64,000 bases of DNA from Blastocatellia bacterium. Lineage in GTDB: Bacteria > Acidobacteriota > Blastocatellia > Chloracidobacteriales > JADJPF01. Shown one piece after another: positions 46,662-55,569 of the stretch. Where the stretch lies: assembly GCA_025057015.1 (NCBI GenBank), contig JANWYG010000010.1, positions 30,506 to 94,505 of the forward strand. Direction: 5' to 3'. The position numbers were made by a program, and so were the translations under genes. How positions within the stretch are numbered: the first letter of the stretch is position 1; every line of letters begins with the position of its first letter. The notes beneath the pieces are model-generated. The model made no database searches and was not told the origin of the DNA. It worked only from the letters and a program-made list of their open reading frames with translations.

Positions 46662-47258
46662 TTGGTTTTTGGATTGCCTTCTTTATGCCTGTTGGGTTGC
46701 TTTGAGAGAGGTTGTGGTCCGGGAGGAACTAGTGTTGATTTCTTTGTGAGATGTGTATCCGGAATAGAAAGAAGGCGAGCAAAGAAAATTTAGTTTTAGG
46801 TTGTAGAGTTTTTCTAGCTTGTATTGACTCAACTCGTCATAAGCGCTTTGCTTATGATTTCTCCTCCTGATTGCCTTCTACTTTCATTCATTGCTTTCTA
46901 TTTCACTTTGCTGGCTTAAGTCAGAAGCTTTTTGCAGTCAATAGGTTAAATAAAAGCTGCTTGTCTTTATCAAATTCTTGCCTAGAGAGAAGCTTGTCTG
47001 CTGATGGTTCAGCTGGATGGATTAGAGATGTTTCCCCTCGAAGTTCCTTCCTATGCTAGCTATGAGAGTGACTTTCTGTGATGTGATCTGCAGACTAAAG
47101 TTTACGTTCAGGTCTGATGACTGACTTTTGTCTGGCCTTTTCTGAAACCCTTCTGGATGGCCAAGAATTTTACAAACCTTTGCTATCAGTTTTCGTATAT
47201 CCTTGCGAAGCCGAGTAGGGTTTCAGAATCAATTAAACTTTTATGGAGGATAACTTAA

Positions 47259-47978
47259 ATGAAGCGGTTTAGCGTGATGCTAATGCTTTTCGCCTTTTGT
47301 CTTACCATTTCTGCACAGACGGTAGATGAGATAGTAGAAAAAAACATAGCTGCTCACGGTGGGTTAGAAAAGATAAAGGCGGTAAAGTCTATGATGATTA
47401 CTGGCAAGTCTCTGCTGCAGGGCATAGAAGTGCCGACAGTGATAAAGATTAAGCGGCCGAATATGGTAAGGCTTGAGATGTCACTTCAAGGTAACGAGAT
47501 CGTTCAAGCTTATGATGGCACGACTGGATGGCAGATTATGCCATTTATGGGAACAAAAGAGCCACAGAAGCTGTCAGCGGAAGAGTTGGAAAGCATCAAA
47601 GACCAGGCAGATATAGACGGAGAACTAGTGGACTACAAGGAGAAGGGACACAAAGTAGAGTTAGTAGGCAAGGAAGAGTTAGATGGTAGTCCGGTATATA
47701 AGCTCAAGCTGACCAAGAAGAGTGGTGAGACTAGTTATATCTACATAGATGCTGAAAGTCACTTGGAGATCAAACAGACATCAAGCCAGAGCTTTCAAGG
47801 CAACAAGTTAGAAGTAGACTCATACTTTTCTGACTACAAGGAAGTCAACGGATTGGTTCTACCGCACGCTATAGAGCAGAAGGTTGGCGGAAATACGATG
47901 ATGCAAATGAAAGTTAACAAGTATGAGCTAAATGTTGACCTGAGCGACAGTATTTTTAAGATGCCTACTGGCAAGTAG
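47259..47978 (+). CDS. Outer-membrane lipoprotein-sorting (LolA-like) family protein
   Basis: GGAGGA lies before the ATG. Signal peptide. The N-terminus QTVDEIVEKNIAAHGGLEKIKAVKS...YDGTTGW is typical of this family as I recall it. Confidence 0.6.
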   Translation: MKRFSVMLMLFAFCLTISAQTVDEIVEKNIAAHGGLEKIKAVKSMMITGKSLLQGIEVPTVIKIKRPNMVRLEMSLQGNEIVQAYDGTTGWQIMPFMGTKEPQKLSAEELESIKDQADIDGELVDYKEKGHKVELVGKEELDGSPVYKLKLTKKSGETSYIYIDAESHLEIKQTSSQSFQGNKLEVDSYFSDYKEVNGLVLPHAIEQKVGGNTMMQMKVNKYELNVDLSDSIFKMPTGK

Positions 47979-47988
47979 CTAATTTTGA

Positions 47989-48009
47989 GGGGAGCTGCAT
48001 AAGCTCCCC
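47989..48009 (+). other. Perfect 8-bp intercistronic hairpin GGGGAGCT-GCATA-AGCTCCCC
   Basis: Read directly, 10 nt after the stop of the LolA-like gene. There is no adjacent T-tract. Confidence 0.35.
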
Positions 48010-48044
48010 TGAAGAGGAAAGCTTATTTTTGGGAGGGGTACTTG

Positions 48045-51000
48045 ATGAGGATCTTTCTAGTTCTATTTTGCTTAGCAATAGCTAATGCTCAGGTTAAGTT
48101 CGATAGCGTTGTTCTTAGTGGCTTAGAAGCTCGTGCTATAGGGCCGGCTGTTATGAGTGGGAGAGTCACGGCTATAGAGGCGCAGGCAAATGATCCGAGG
48201 ATAGTATGGGTAGGGGCAGCAAGCGGTGGAGTATGGAAATCGACTAATGCGGGCACTTCGTTCAAGCCGGTTTTTGACAAGTATGTTCAGTCAATAGGTG
48301 CGATAGCTATAGATCCTAAGCAAGCAGATACTGTTTGGGTAGGAACGGGAGAGTCGAACGTTCGTAACAGCGTCTCGATAGGAGCTGGGCTATATAAGAC
48401 TACTGATGGTGGCCAAACTTGGGCCTTAGTGGGATTAGAGAAGGTGGAGCGCATTAGCAAGATAGTCATAGATCCGAAGAATCCTGAGGTGGTTTATGTT
48501 GCCTGCCCTGGGGCGTTATGGAGCCAGAGTTCCGAACGTGGACTTTATAAAACCACTGATGGAGGGAAGAGCTGGGAGAAGATCCTCTATGTGGATGAAA
48601 ACACGGGTTGTGCGGACGTAGCGATAGATCCTCAGGAGCCAAACGTAGTTTATGCTTCTATGTGGCAATTCAGGCGCAAGGGGTGGTTCTTCACTTCAGG
48701 TGGCCCTGGTAGTGGGCTGTATAAGTCTACTGATGGAGGTAAGAGCTGGAAAAAATTGACTGCAGGGCTACCGGAAGGAGAGTTGGGAAGGATAGCGATA
48801 GCGGTAGCTCCGAGCCGGCCAAGCACTGTCTATGCCAATGTAGAGGCTAGGCAGACTGCTCTTTACCGGTCGGATGACATGGGTGAGAATTGGAAACGTG
48901 TTAACAGCTCGCTCAATGTCATGGCCAGACCGTTCTACTTTAGTTTCTTGGCTGTTGATCCTAAGGATCACAGGAAGGTATACAAGTTAGGATTGACGCT
49001 AGGTGTAAGTCGCGATGGTGGGGAGTCTTTTTTCAACATAGCAGGTGAAACGCACACCGATCACCATGCCTTATGGATTGATCCAAACAACACGTCATTT
49101 ATGTATCTTGGAACTGATGGAGGGGTCTATAAGAGCTATGATGGTGGGCAGACTTGGTCGATGCTACGCAACCTACCTGTCTCGCAGTTCTATCGTGTGT
49201 GGTATGACCTGGCGACTCCTTACAATGTCTATGGCGGACTACAGGATAACGGGACGTGGACAGGACCTTCACGAAGTTTTGGGGGTATAAAGAACAAAGA
49301 GTGGAAGAACGTAGGTTATGGGGATGGATTCTATAGTTTTCCTGATCCTACAGATCCAGACATAGTCTACTCGGAGTATCAAGGGGGGCGACTGCTTCGC
49401 TATCACAGAGCGACGGGTGAGATAAAGCATATTTCGCCTGCTACTAAGATTAATGAACCGAAACTGCGTTTTAACTGGAACACGCCTTTTCAGCCAAGCA
49501 GAAGTTCTCCGGGCACGATATATTTAGGTAGTCAGTACTTGTTTGCTTCAACTGACAAAGGTGAGTCTTGGGTGCGTCTATCGCCGGATCTGACCACAAA
49601 TGATCCTGAAAAGCAGCGGCAAGAGGAATCCGGTGGCCTCACTATAGACAACTCTGCGGCAGAGAATCACTGTACTATATATGCGATCTCCGATTCTCCT
49701 AAAGATCCGCAGGTCATCTGGACTGGCAGTGACGATGGTCTGGTACAAATTACGCGTGATGGTGGAAAGACTTGGCAGAACGTCACGGCTAACATCCCCG
49801 GGCTAGAGCAAAACAGTTGGGTCAGTTCTATTGAAGCTAGTAGCCATGATCCCGCAACTGCTTATGTCACTTTTGACAGACATACTTTCGGAGATATGAA
49901 GCCTTATGTTTATAGAACGACCGACTACGGCAAGACGTGGCAATCGATAGTTACTGACGATATCAAAGGATTTGCCCACGTTATCCGCGAAGATCTGGTC
50001 AATCCGGAACTGCTGTTTCTCGGCACTGAGTTAGGACTGTACGTTAGTATCGATGGAGGAACTAGTTGGGCGCGCTTCACAAGTAAGTTTCCTGAAATGG
50101 TTCCAGTACGCGACTTAGCTATTCATCCGCGTGAGCATGACTTGATAATAGCTACTCACGGTCGTGGGATATACATCGTTGACGACATATCTGTACTGAG
50201 GCAGCTGAAGGGAATAACTGAGAAGTCACTTCATATCTTTTCTAGCCGGCCATCTATAGTACAACTTCCTGTTTTCGAACAAGAGTTTCCTGGAAGTGAT
50301 GAATTTGTAGGTGCTACCTTGCCCGAAATGGCCTACATAACTTACTACTTGAGGGAACGGCATCTGATGGGGGAGTTCAAAGTAGAGATTCTCGACTCTG
50401 AGGGTAAAGTTGTTTCCACGTTGCCTGGTAGCAAGCGAAAGGGCATCAATCGGGTTGGCTGGCCGATGCGGCTTAAGCCACCTAGGGTTGCTCAGGCTCG
50501 TAGCAGTTCTCTTGAAGGAGGGCTAGTCTTTGGACCTACGGTTGCTGAAGGACTGTACACGGTCAGGATCACTCGTGCCAGTGAAGTAGCTGAGGGTGTT
50601 ATAGAACTTGTTCCTGATTCAAAATTACCGCACTCAGCTTCTGATCGCAAGCTGCGGCATGAGACGGTAATGCAGCTTTATGAATTACAAGGAAAGCTTG
50701 CTTATATTGCCGATGCTGTGGAGCTTGCGCGCAAGCAGGCTGAAGATCGTTCGCAGAAGCTGACAACTGAGCTGAAGAAGAGGGCAGAATCTTTGGTAGG
50801 AAGGCTTGACCAGTTACATAAGTCGCTAGTTGCGACTAAGGAAGGACTGATCACTGGTGAAGAGCGTCTGCGTGAGCGGATTATTACTCTCTATCAAAGT
50901 GTAATGTCTTATGGAGGAAGACCAAGCAGTTCTCAACTGGAACAGTTGGACACGCTTCAAAAAGAAGTGGTAGCTGCGCGAGCCGAGTTTGGGCAGTTGC

Positions 51001-51098
51001 TTCGGTCGATAGAAGAAATGAACTCTGCGTTACGAGCTAAAAAGATTGAGCCTATAGAAGTTCTGACAGAGGAGGCATGGCTTCAGCAGCAACAATAG
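48045..51098 (+). CDS. BNR/Asp-box repeat (Vps10/sortilin-like, GH74-like double propeller) secreted protein
   Basis: At least nine S/T.DGG.(S/T)W boxes (TTDGGQTW, TTDGGKSW, STDGGKSW, SYDGGQTW, TRDGGKTW, SIDGGTSW and others). Signal peptide. GGGAGGGG lies before ATG 48045. Confidence 0.85.
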   Translation: MRIFLVLFCLAIANAQVKFDSVVLSGLEARAIGPAVMSGRVTAIEAQANDPRIVWVGAASGGVWKSTNAGTSFKPVFDKYVQSIGAIAIDPKQADTVWVGTGESNVRNSVSIGAGLYKTTDGGQTWALVGLEKVERISKIVIDPKNPEVVYVACPGALWSQSSERGLYKTTDGGKSWEKILYVDENTGCADVAIDPQEPNVVYASMWQFRRKGWFFTSGGPGSGLYKSTDGGKSWKKLTAGLPEGELGRIAIAVAPSRPSTVYANVEARQTALYRSDDMGENWKRVNSSLNVMARPFYFSFLAVDPKDHRKVYKLGLTLGVSRDGGESFFNIAGETHTDHHALWIDPNNTSFMYLGTDGGVYKSYDGGQTWSMLRNLPVSQFYRVWYDLATPYNVYGGLQDNGTWTGPSRSFGGIKNKEWKNVGYGDGFYSFPDPTDPDIVYSEYQGGRLLRYHRATGEIKHISPATKINEPKLRFNWNTPFQPSRSSPGTIYLGSQYLFASTDKGESWVRLSPDLTTNDPEKQRQEESGGLTIDNSAAENHCTIYAISDSPKDPQVIWTGSDDGLVQITRDGGKTWQNVTANIPGLEQNSWVSSIEASSHDPATAYVTFDRHTFGDMKPYVYRTTDYGKTWQSIVTDDIKGFAHVIREDLVNPELLFLGTELGLYVSIDGGTSWARFTSKFPEMVPVRDLAIHPREHDLIIATHGRGIYIVDDISVLRQLKGITEKSLHIFSSRPSIVQLPVFEQEFPGSDEFVGATLPEMAYITYYLRERHLMGEFKVEILDSEGKVVSTLPGSKRKGINRVGWPMRLKPPRVAQARSSSLEGGLVFGPTVAEGLYTVRITRASEVAEGVIELVPDSKLPHSASDRKLRHETVMQLYELQGKLAYIADAVELARKQAEDRSQKLTTELKKRAESLVGRLDQLHKSLVATKEGLITGEERLRERIITLYQSVMSYGGRPSSSQLEQLDTLQKEVVAARAEFGQLLRSIEEMNSALRAKKIEPIEVLTEEAWLQQQQ

Positions 51099-51901
51099 AC
51101 CGGCGAGCTGAAATAGCGGCCAAGCTGGTAGGAGCGTTTCTCAGGTTGACACAGGATGAAGAGTCTGAGCAGCTACTTGCGCTTAGGTTGCTGACTTTGC
51201 ACATGCTTGAAGGTTATGTTCCGAGCGCATTTTCTGCTGACTTACGTGGAGAATTGGAGCGCTTGTTGGATAGAACGGAAGGCTGCAGTTTGAGTTTGAC
51301 TCAAGCGTTGGATGCAGAGCTAGTACAGGCTCGTGCTGACATATACTATGTCCTTGCAAGACGCAATCGTCGCTATGTATTACCTTTGCAGCAGGACGTG
51401 GAAGCCTGTCTTGATTATTTAGCTGATAGCGGTGACTTGATATATGCTTGGGTATGTGCAGAGTTGCTTTGCCGTTGTGGTTTGAATTTGCGCTTCAAGC
51501 CGCTTCTACGTCCTTATAAAGGTGTGTCTAGGCTTCACGACCTGTACTGGTTAACACATCAGTACTTGCTGGCGACCGAGTACTTGCACAAGCCGCTTCC
51601 CAAGCTTGGTTGGCAGGAGCGCACAAGCGAACTGATTGGAGCTATCGACTGGGTGACCTCTACATCTCGGACGGACCTGGCTTGCGAAATAGCGCTATGC
51701 TTGCAACTTGCCGGCTATTCCTCTCACGATTCGTATTTAAGGCTTGAGGAGTTTCTTCTGTCTCAGATATCAGAGGAAGGTATATTGTCAGACCCGACTT
51801 TTGTCGACTGTGTAACTAATCAGGCTCATACGACGGCTGCTGCTCTGCTCGTCTTTGCAAGATACGCCCATGTGGACTCGAACCACAAACCTACGGCTTA
51901 G
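51077..51901 (+). CDS. Hypothetical helical protein
   Basis: The ORF overlaps the upstream stop by 22 nt. Its last 39 nt overlap tRNA-Arg on the other strand. No motif recognised. Confidence 0.45.
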   Translation: MASAATIDRRAEIAAKLVGAFLRLTQDEESEQLLALRLLTLHMLEGYVPSAFSADLRGELERLLDRTEGCSLSLTQALDAELVQARADIYYVLARRNRRYVLPLQQDVEACLDYLADSGDLIYAWVCAELLCRCGLNLRFKPLLRPYKGVSRLHDLYWLTHQYLLATEYLHKPLPKLGWQERTSELIGAIDWVTSTSRTDLACEIALCLQLAGYSSHDSYLRLEEFLLSQISEEGILSDPTFVDCVTNQAHTTAAALLVFARYAHVDSNHKPTA

Positions 51902-51936
51902 AAGGCCGTTGCTCTATCCTGTTGAGCTATGGGCGC
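51863..51936 (-). tRNA. tRNA-Arg (anticodon TCT)
   Basis: Hand fold: GCGCCCA-TA-GCTC-AACAGGATA-GAGC-A-ACGGC-CTTCTAA-GCCGT-AGGTT-TGTGG-TTCGAGT-CCACA-TGGGCGT-A. It has a G1-U72 wobble and no encoded CCA. It closely resembles E. coli argU as I remember it. Confidence 0.9.
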
Positions 51937-51940
51937 ATAA

Positions 51941-52014
51941 TCGGGGAGAGAGGATTTGAACCTCCGATCTCACGGTCCCAAACCGTGCGCGTTACCAGGC
52001 TACGCTACTCCCCG
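51941..52014 (-). tRNA. tRNA-Pro (anticodon TGG)
   Basis: Hand fold: CGGGGAG-TA-GCGT-AGCCTGGTA-ACGC-G-CACGG-TTTGGGA-CCGTG-AGATC-GGAGG-TTCAAAT-CCTCT-CTCCCCG-A. It lies 4 nt upstream of tRNA-Arg. Confidence 0.9.
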
Positions 52015-52066
52015 CCCGGTTCTTCAAACGCAAGACTCGCATTATACTTACAACTTCTTTAGTTTG

Positions 52067-52909
52067 TCAAGTTACGTCCCAACCAAAGTCTATTTGCAGC
52101 AGCTCATACAGTTGTTCGTTATATCTTCTAAAATACTCTCTGAGCTTTTGTCTCGTCTCGGAGGACATCTGAGGATAGTTGCCGCGATTGTGATAAGGAT
52201 AGTTCTTTGGCGGTAGTTCAGGTAAGCCCAGAAATCTGTATATTTTGTTCAGCGTCTCTGGTATGTTGCGATCGAAGTCTTCACTTTTGAGAATCAAAAA
52301 TTGCTCTTTGGGAAACAATTTGAACCAATAGCTAAGCTGCTCGGCATATCTGCCTCTGGCCAGGTAGGAATAGTGCTGATATGCGAAGCTATAGTAATGC
52401 TCGTCTTGCAGCATCCGCTCCAACTCCGGTCTTAGACGTTCGGCTTCTTTCTCTATAGCTTCCTCGAAGCTCAGTTTTTCAGCTCCTTTGCGAACTTCGT
52501 GATTGTAGTGCGAGTATGCTCTATCGACAGGGTTTCTTAGCAGAACTATTAACTTGGCTTTTGGTAGCAGGCTGCGAATACGCCTTGGAGCATGCGGATG
52601 GAAGATGTAGTATGGAGTTGCCTCTCCAGTAAGACACTTGTAACCTAACCGACGTTCACGGTAACGTAGTTGTAACTCCATAGGAAAGTGGCTGCGATAC
52701 CAGTCTTCTCCACGTTCGTATCTATTGTCGAAGTAGTGCATCTGCTTCCTGACCGTGGGAAGTATGCCTGGGTGTTCTATTAGGTAGTTGAACAAAGACG
52801 TCGTACCGGCTTTCTGTACACCTATGACTAAGAAATCCGGTAGAACGCGCAGCCGGCTGGTCAGCTCTCTAAACAAATGCCGCTTTACTGCAACTGGTGC
52901 TGCTTGCAT
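52067..52909 (-). CDS. PAPS-dependent sulfotransferase family protein
   Basis: 5'-PSB-like loop VIGVQKAGTTSL and 3'-PB-like LLRNPVDRAYS. Confidence 0.75.
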   Translation of the reverse strand: MQAAPVAVKRHLFRELTSRLRVLPDFLVIGVQKAGTTSLFNYLIEHPGILPTVRKQMHYFDNRYERGEDWYRSHFPMELQLRYRERRLGYKCLTGEATPYYIFHPHAPRRIRSLLPKAKLIVLLRNPVDRAYSHYNHEVRKGAEKLSFEEAIEKEAERLRPELERMLQDEHYYSFAYQHYSYLARGRYAEQLSYWFKLFPKEQFLILKSEDFDRNIPETLNKIYRFLGLPELPPKNYPYHNRGNYPQMSSETRQKLREYFRRYNEQLYELLQIDFGWDVT

Positions 52910-53067
52910 ACTGAAAGTATTATCTCTGTAAACTCGGGAGCAGTTCTAGTCGAGTTTCCACTTCTACCAAGCACTTGTTGTGGATTTAGAGTTGTTGATG
53001 CCGAGCCACCTCTCCTACCGAATTGTTGCCGGAAAGCTTTTACAATCACTCTTGGGAAAGTTAGTCT

Positions 53068-53982
53068 ATGTTTCTGATGGTGTTACGACTAGCTTTAGTT
53101 TTGAGCTTGTTTGTTGTAGTCACGCCGGCACCGACTGCTAATGGCACACTCAGGTTAAGGGTATCTGGTGCAAATATACTGGTTGTGACAAGAGGGATAC
53201 GTCTTGACCCAGAGATGATGGCAGGGTATGTCGAGTGTTCTGCCAAGGCAGTAGCTTCTTATTATGGCAGCTTTCCGGTAGACAGTTTGACGATAAGAAT
53301 AAAGCCAGCGACCGGCAAAGGTGTCAAATACGGTAATGCTTCAGGTTGGAACGGGGCTAGCATCAATCTTCACATCGGAATTGATTCGTCTGAAGATGAT
53401 CTTGCAGATGACTGGATACTTATACACGAACTGCTGCACTTAGGTATACCCTCGCTGGATGAAAGGTACTCTTGGTTGGAGGAAGGCATTGCCACCTACG
53501 TAGAGCCGATACTTAGAGCACGAGCTGGTTTGATTTCTCGAGACGAGGTTTGGCAGGAGTGGCTAGCTAACATGCCCAAAGGGCTTGGCTCGGCGCGTAG
53601 CGGTCTCAACTATGCTCGCAGTTGGAGCAGCATCTACTGGGGTGGAGCGCTCTTTTGCTTGTTGGCGGATATAGAGTATCGGCAAAAGTATGGTTCTAGC
53701 TTAGAGGAAGCACTACGCGCGGTTAATGCTGCGGGAGGTAATATCACAGAGTATTGGTCTATCGAGCGGATGCTTGCTACTGCTGACCAACCGTCACGCT
53801 CTCCAGTTCTTAAGTCTTTGTTCCGCAAGATGAGCGATAAACCCTATGAGGTCAACCTACAGGTGTTATGGAAGGCTTTAGGAGTAGAACTAAGGGCTGG
53901 TAGAGTGATCTATGATAGAACTGCGCCGCTTGCTCGCGTGCGTGACCAAATAGTACCGTCATACGATCCCAAGCGCTACTAA
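53068..53982 (+). CDS. Putative secreted gluzincin-type metallopeptidase
   Basis: Signal peptide, then LIHELLHLG (HExxH) followed 18 residues later by EEG. The family is not identified. Confidence 0.5.
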   Translation: MFLMVLRLALVLSLFVVVTPAPTANGTLRLRVSGANILVVTRGIRLDPEMMAGYVECSAKAVASYYGSFPVDSLTIRIKPATGKGVKYGNASGWNGASINLHIGIDSSEDDLADDWILIHELLHLGIPSLDERYSWLEEGIATYVEPILRARAGLISRDEVWQEWLANMPKGLGSARSGLNYARSWSSIYWGGALFCLLADIEYRQKYGSSLEEALRAVNAAGGNITEYWSIERMLATADQPSRSPVLKSLFRKMSDKPYEVNLQVLWKALGVELRAGRVIYDRTAPLARVRDQIVPSYDPKRY

Positions 53983-55569
53983 GACTTCGCGGGCTGCTCG
54001 GCGGCCTTGATAGAAAGCCTCTTCAAAGAGTGCTACGCCGCTTAGGTCGGAGGCTGCAAAGTGAACCCTACCGATAGGCTGTTTGGCTAACTGTCGCTCT
54101 TTACTCCATATAAATCCGGGTCGGGGAAGTATCATAGCATGTCCCCAGCGCATCACGTCTATGCGCTCGGTTAGCTGCGCTATGTTGCGGTGTGCGCGTT
54201 TAAGGTCAGCTAAGACGATCTCTACCCATTCCTGCCAGCCTATGGAAAGCATTTTCTGTCTTGCTTGGCGTGGATTATCTTCTATAACCGGGTAGTAATA
54301 AGTGAAGACCGTAGGGCCGTAGTCCATCAACGCTTGATGCGTTGCCACTACGTAGCCCAGAGAAGGACTTTCATAGAGCACATTATCCCAGGCTAGCGGG
54401 AATCCCAGACTGTAGGGCCGATCGCGCAGCGTAAGGTTTGCCACCATCCACGAACCATACTCGAAGGCCTCTAGAAATCGTTGTTCGACTGGCGTGCGAA
54501 GCACGTACTTACGTAGGAACTGTGGAGCGGCGAATATTGCTCGTTGTGCCCTTAGTCCTATTGCTTCGCGCCCATCTCTTAGGACATCTATATCGACGTA
54601 GGCTTCTGTTGGTATAATAGTTACTGCGGCGCTGTTTAGCCACACTTTATCAGAGACTTTAGAGTACAGACGGTCAACTAGGTAGCCGTTACCTGCTGGC
54701 CAGGCCATCAGTTGTTGGGCATCTTCGCCGGCGCGTTTCATCCTAGAGGCGAAATAAAACAATCCGGCCCAAGCACTTGTCGTGTCGAGCTTAAGTCCGT
54801 AGTCATCGCGGCAACCGTACTCGATGTACCATAGCAGCCTTGCCGATTTGAAGCCTTTGTGTGCGAGGTACTCACGCATAGAGATACGGTCTAGCTTGGT
54901 CACTTCTGGATCGTCTGAAGAGTTTTCGAGCGGTATGTCGAAGGCTCGTCTGCCGCGAGCATCCCGCCATTCCACCCAGTAGTCTATCTCTTGGTGAAAG
55001 CGGTTCCACTCTGCCAAGTCTTCTTGAGAGGCAGCTACGCTGAGGTACAGACCTTCATACCAGTGCCCTTTGTAAAAAACGCGTTCTTCTGGATCGCGAC
55101 AAAGATACTGCTCAGCTACTATTGGCTCGCCAGTTTCGTCTTTTCCTTCTACTACTCCTATTTGTTGCAGAAACTCTATTAAATCGGCATTTTCTTTCCT
55201 TGGGACGGGCACATAGTGTGCGCCCCAGGGGTAACTGATGAAGCTGTTACGGCCGCTTCTTGCCGTTCCACCGACGGTGCTATCTAACTCTAGTAGGAGA
55301 AAGTCTTCAAAGCCTGCCTGTCGTAAGGTCCATCCGGCTACAAGTCCCGCTACGCCGCAGCCTACGATGACCACCGAAACTGGTTGCCTTTTGGTAGGTT
55401 CTATCTGGAGTCCGTCGCGGATCCTATGGCCTTGTTCCAGCAGGGTGAGATCTACAAGTTTTCCTTCGGGCAAGGTTGCTTTGCGGTCGCAGCTTATTGT
55501 TTGCAGGGCAGCCATTCCTAGGAAGGCCTTGAGTATCTCGCGGCGGGTTAGTTCTCCCACTTGCGCCAC
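53959..55569 (-). CDS. FAD-dependent (amine-oxidase-like) oxidoreductase with Tat-type signal
   Basis: Tat-like N-terminus TRREILKAFLGMAAL. Dinucleotide fold VVIVGCGVAGLVAGWTL..GF.DFLLLE. The start overlaps the aminopropyltransferase stop by 22 nt. Confidence 0.7.
   Translation of the reverse strand: MAQVGELTRREILKAFLGMAALQTISCDRKATLPEGKLVDLTLLEQGHRIRDGLQIEPTKRQPVSVVIVGCGVAGLVAGWTLRQAGFEDFLLLELDSTVGGTARSGRNSFISYPWGAHYVPVPRKENADLIEFLQQIGVVEGKDETGEPIVAEQYLCRDPEERVFYKGHWYEGLYLSVAASQEDLAEWNRFHQEIDYWVEWRDARGRRAFDIPLENSSDDPEVTKLDRISMREYLAHKGFKSARLLWYIEYGCRDDYGLKLDTTSAWAGLFYFASRMKRAGEDAQQLMAWPAGNGYLVDRLYSKVSDKVWLNSAAVTIIPTEAYVDIDVLRDGREAIGLRAQRAIFAAPQFLRKYVLRTPVEQRFLEAFEYGSWMVANLTLRDRPYSLGFPLAWDNVLYESPSLGYVVATHQALMDYGPTVFTYYYPVIEDNPRQARQKMLSIGWQEWVEIVLADLKRAHRNIAQLTERIDVMRWGHAMILPRPGFIWSKERQLAKQPIGRVHFAASDLSGVALFEEAFYQGRRAAREVLVALGIV

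Noticed and set aside
46716-46729. SRP (4.5S) RNA domain IV-like motif GGTCCGGGAGGAAC (compare E. coli GGUCCGGAAGGAAGC, GNRA loop)
   Set aside because: The conserved 3' AGCA of the symmetric loop is CUAG here. The flanks (GGTTGT / GTGTTGAT) cannot form the closing helices. It is probably a chance resemblance.
46871-47059. 62-aa ORF inside the long intergenic gap
   Set aside because: It has no Shine-Dalgarno and a Cys/Ser/Phe/Leu-rich implausible composition, and it sits isolated in a repeat-rich AT-biased region.
51956-52216. Plus-strand ORF of 86 aa
   Set aside because: It starts inside tRNA-Pro and runs antisense into the sulfotransferase gene, so it is a shadow ORF.
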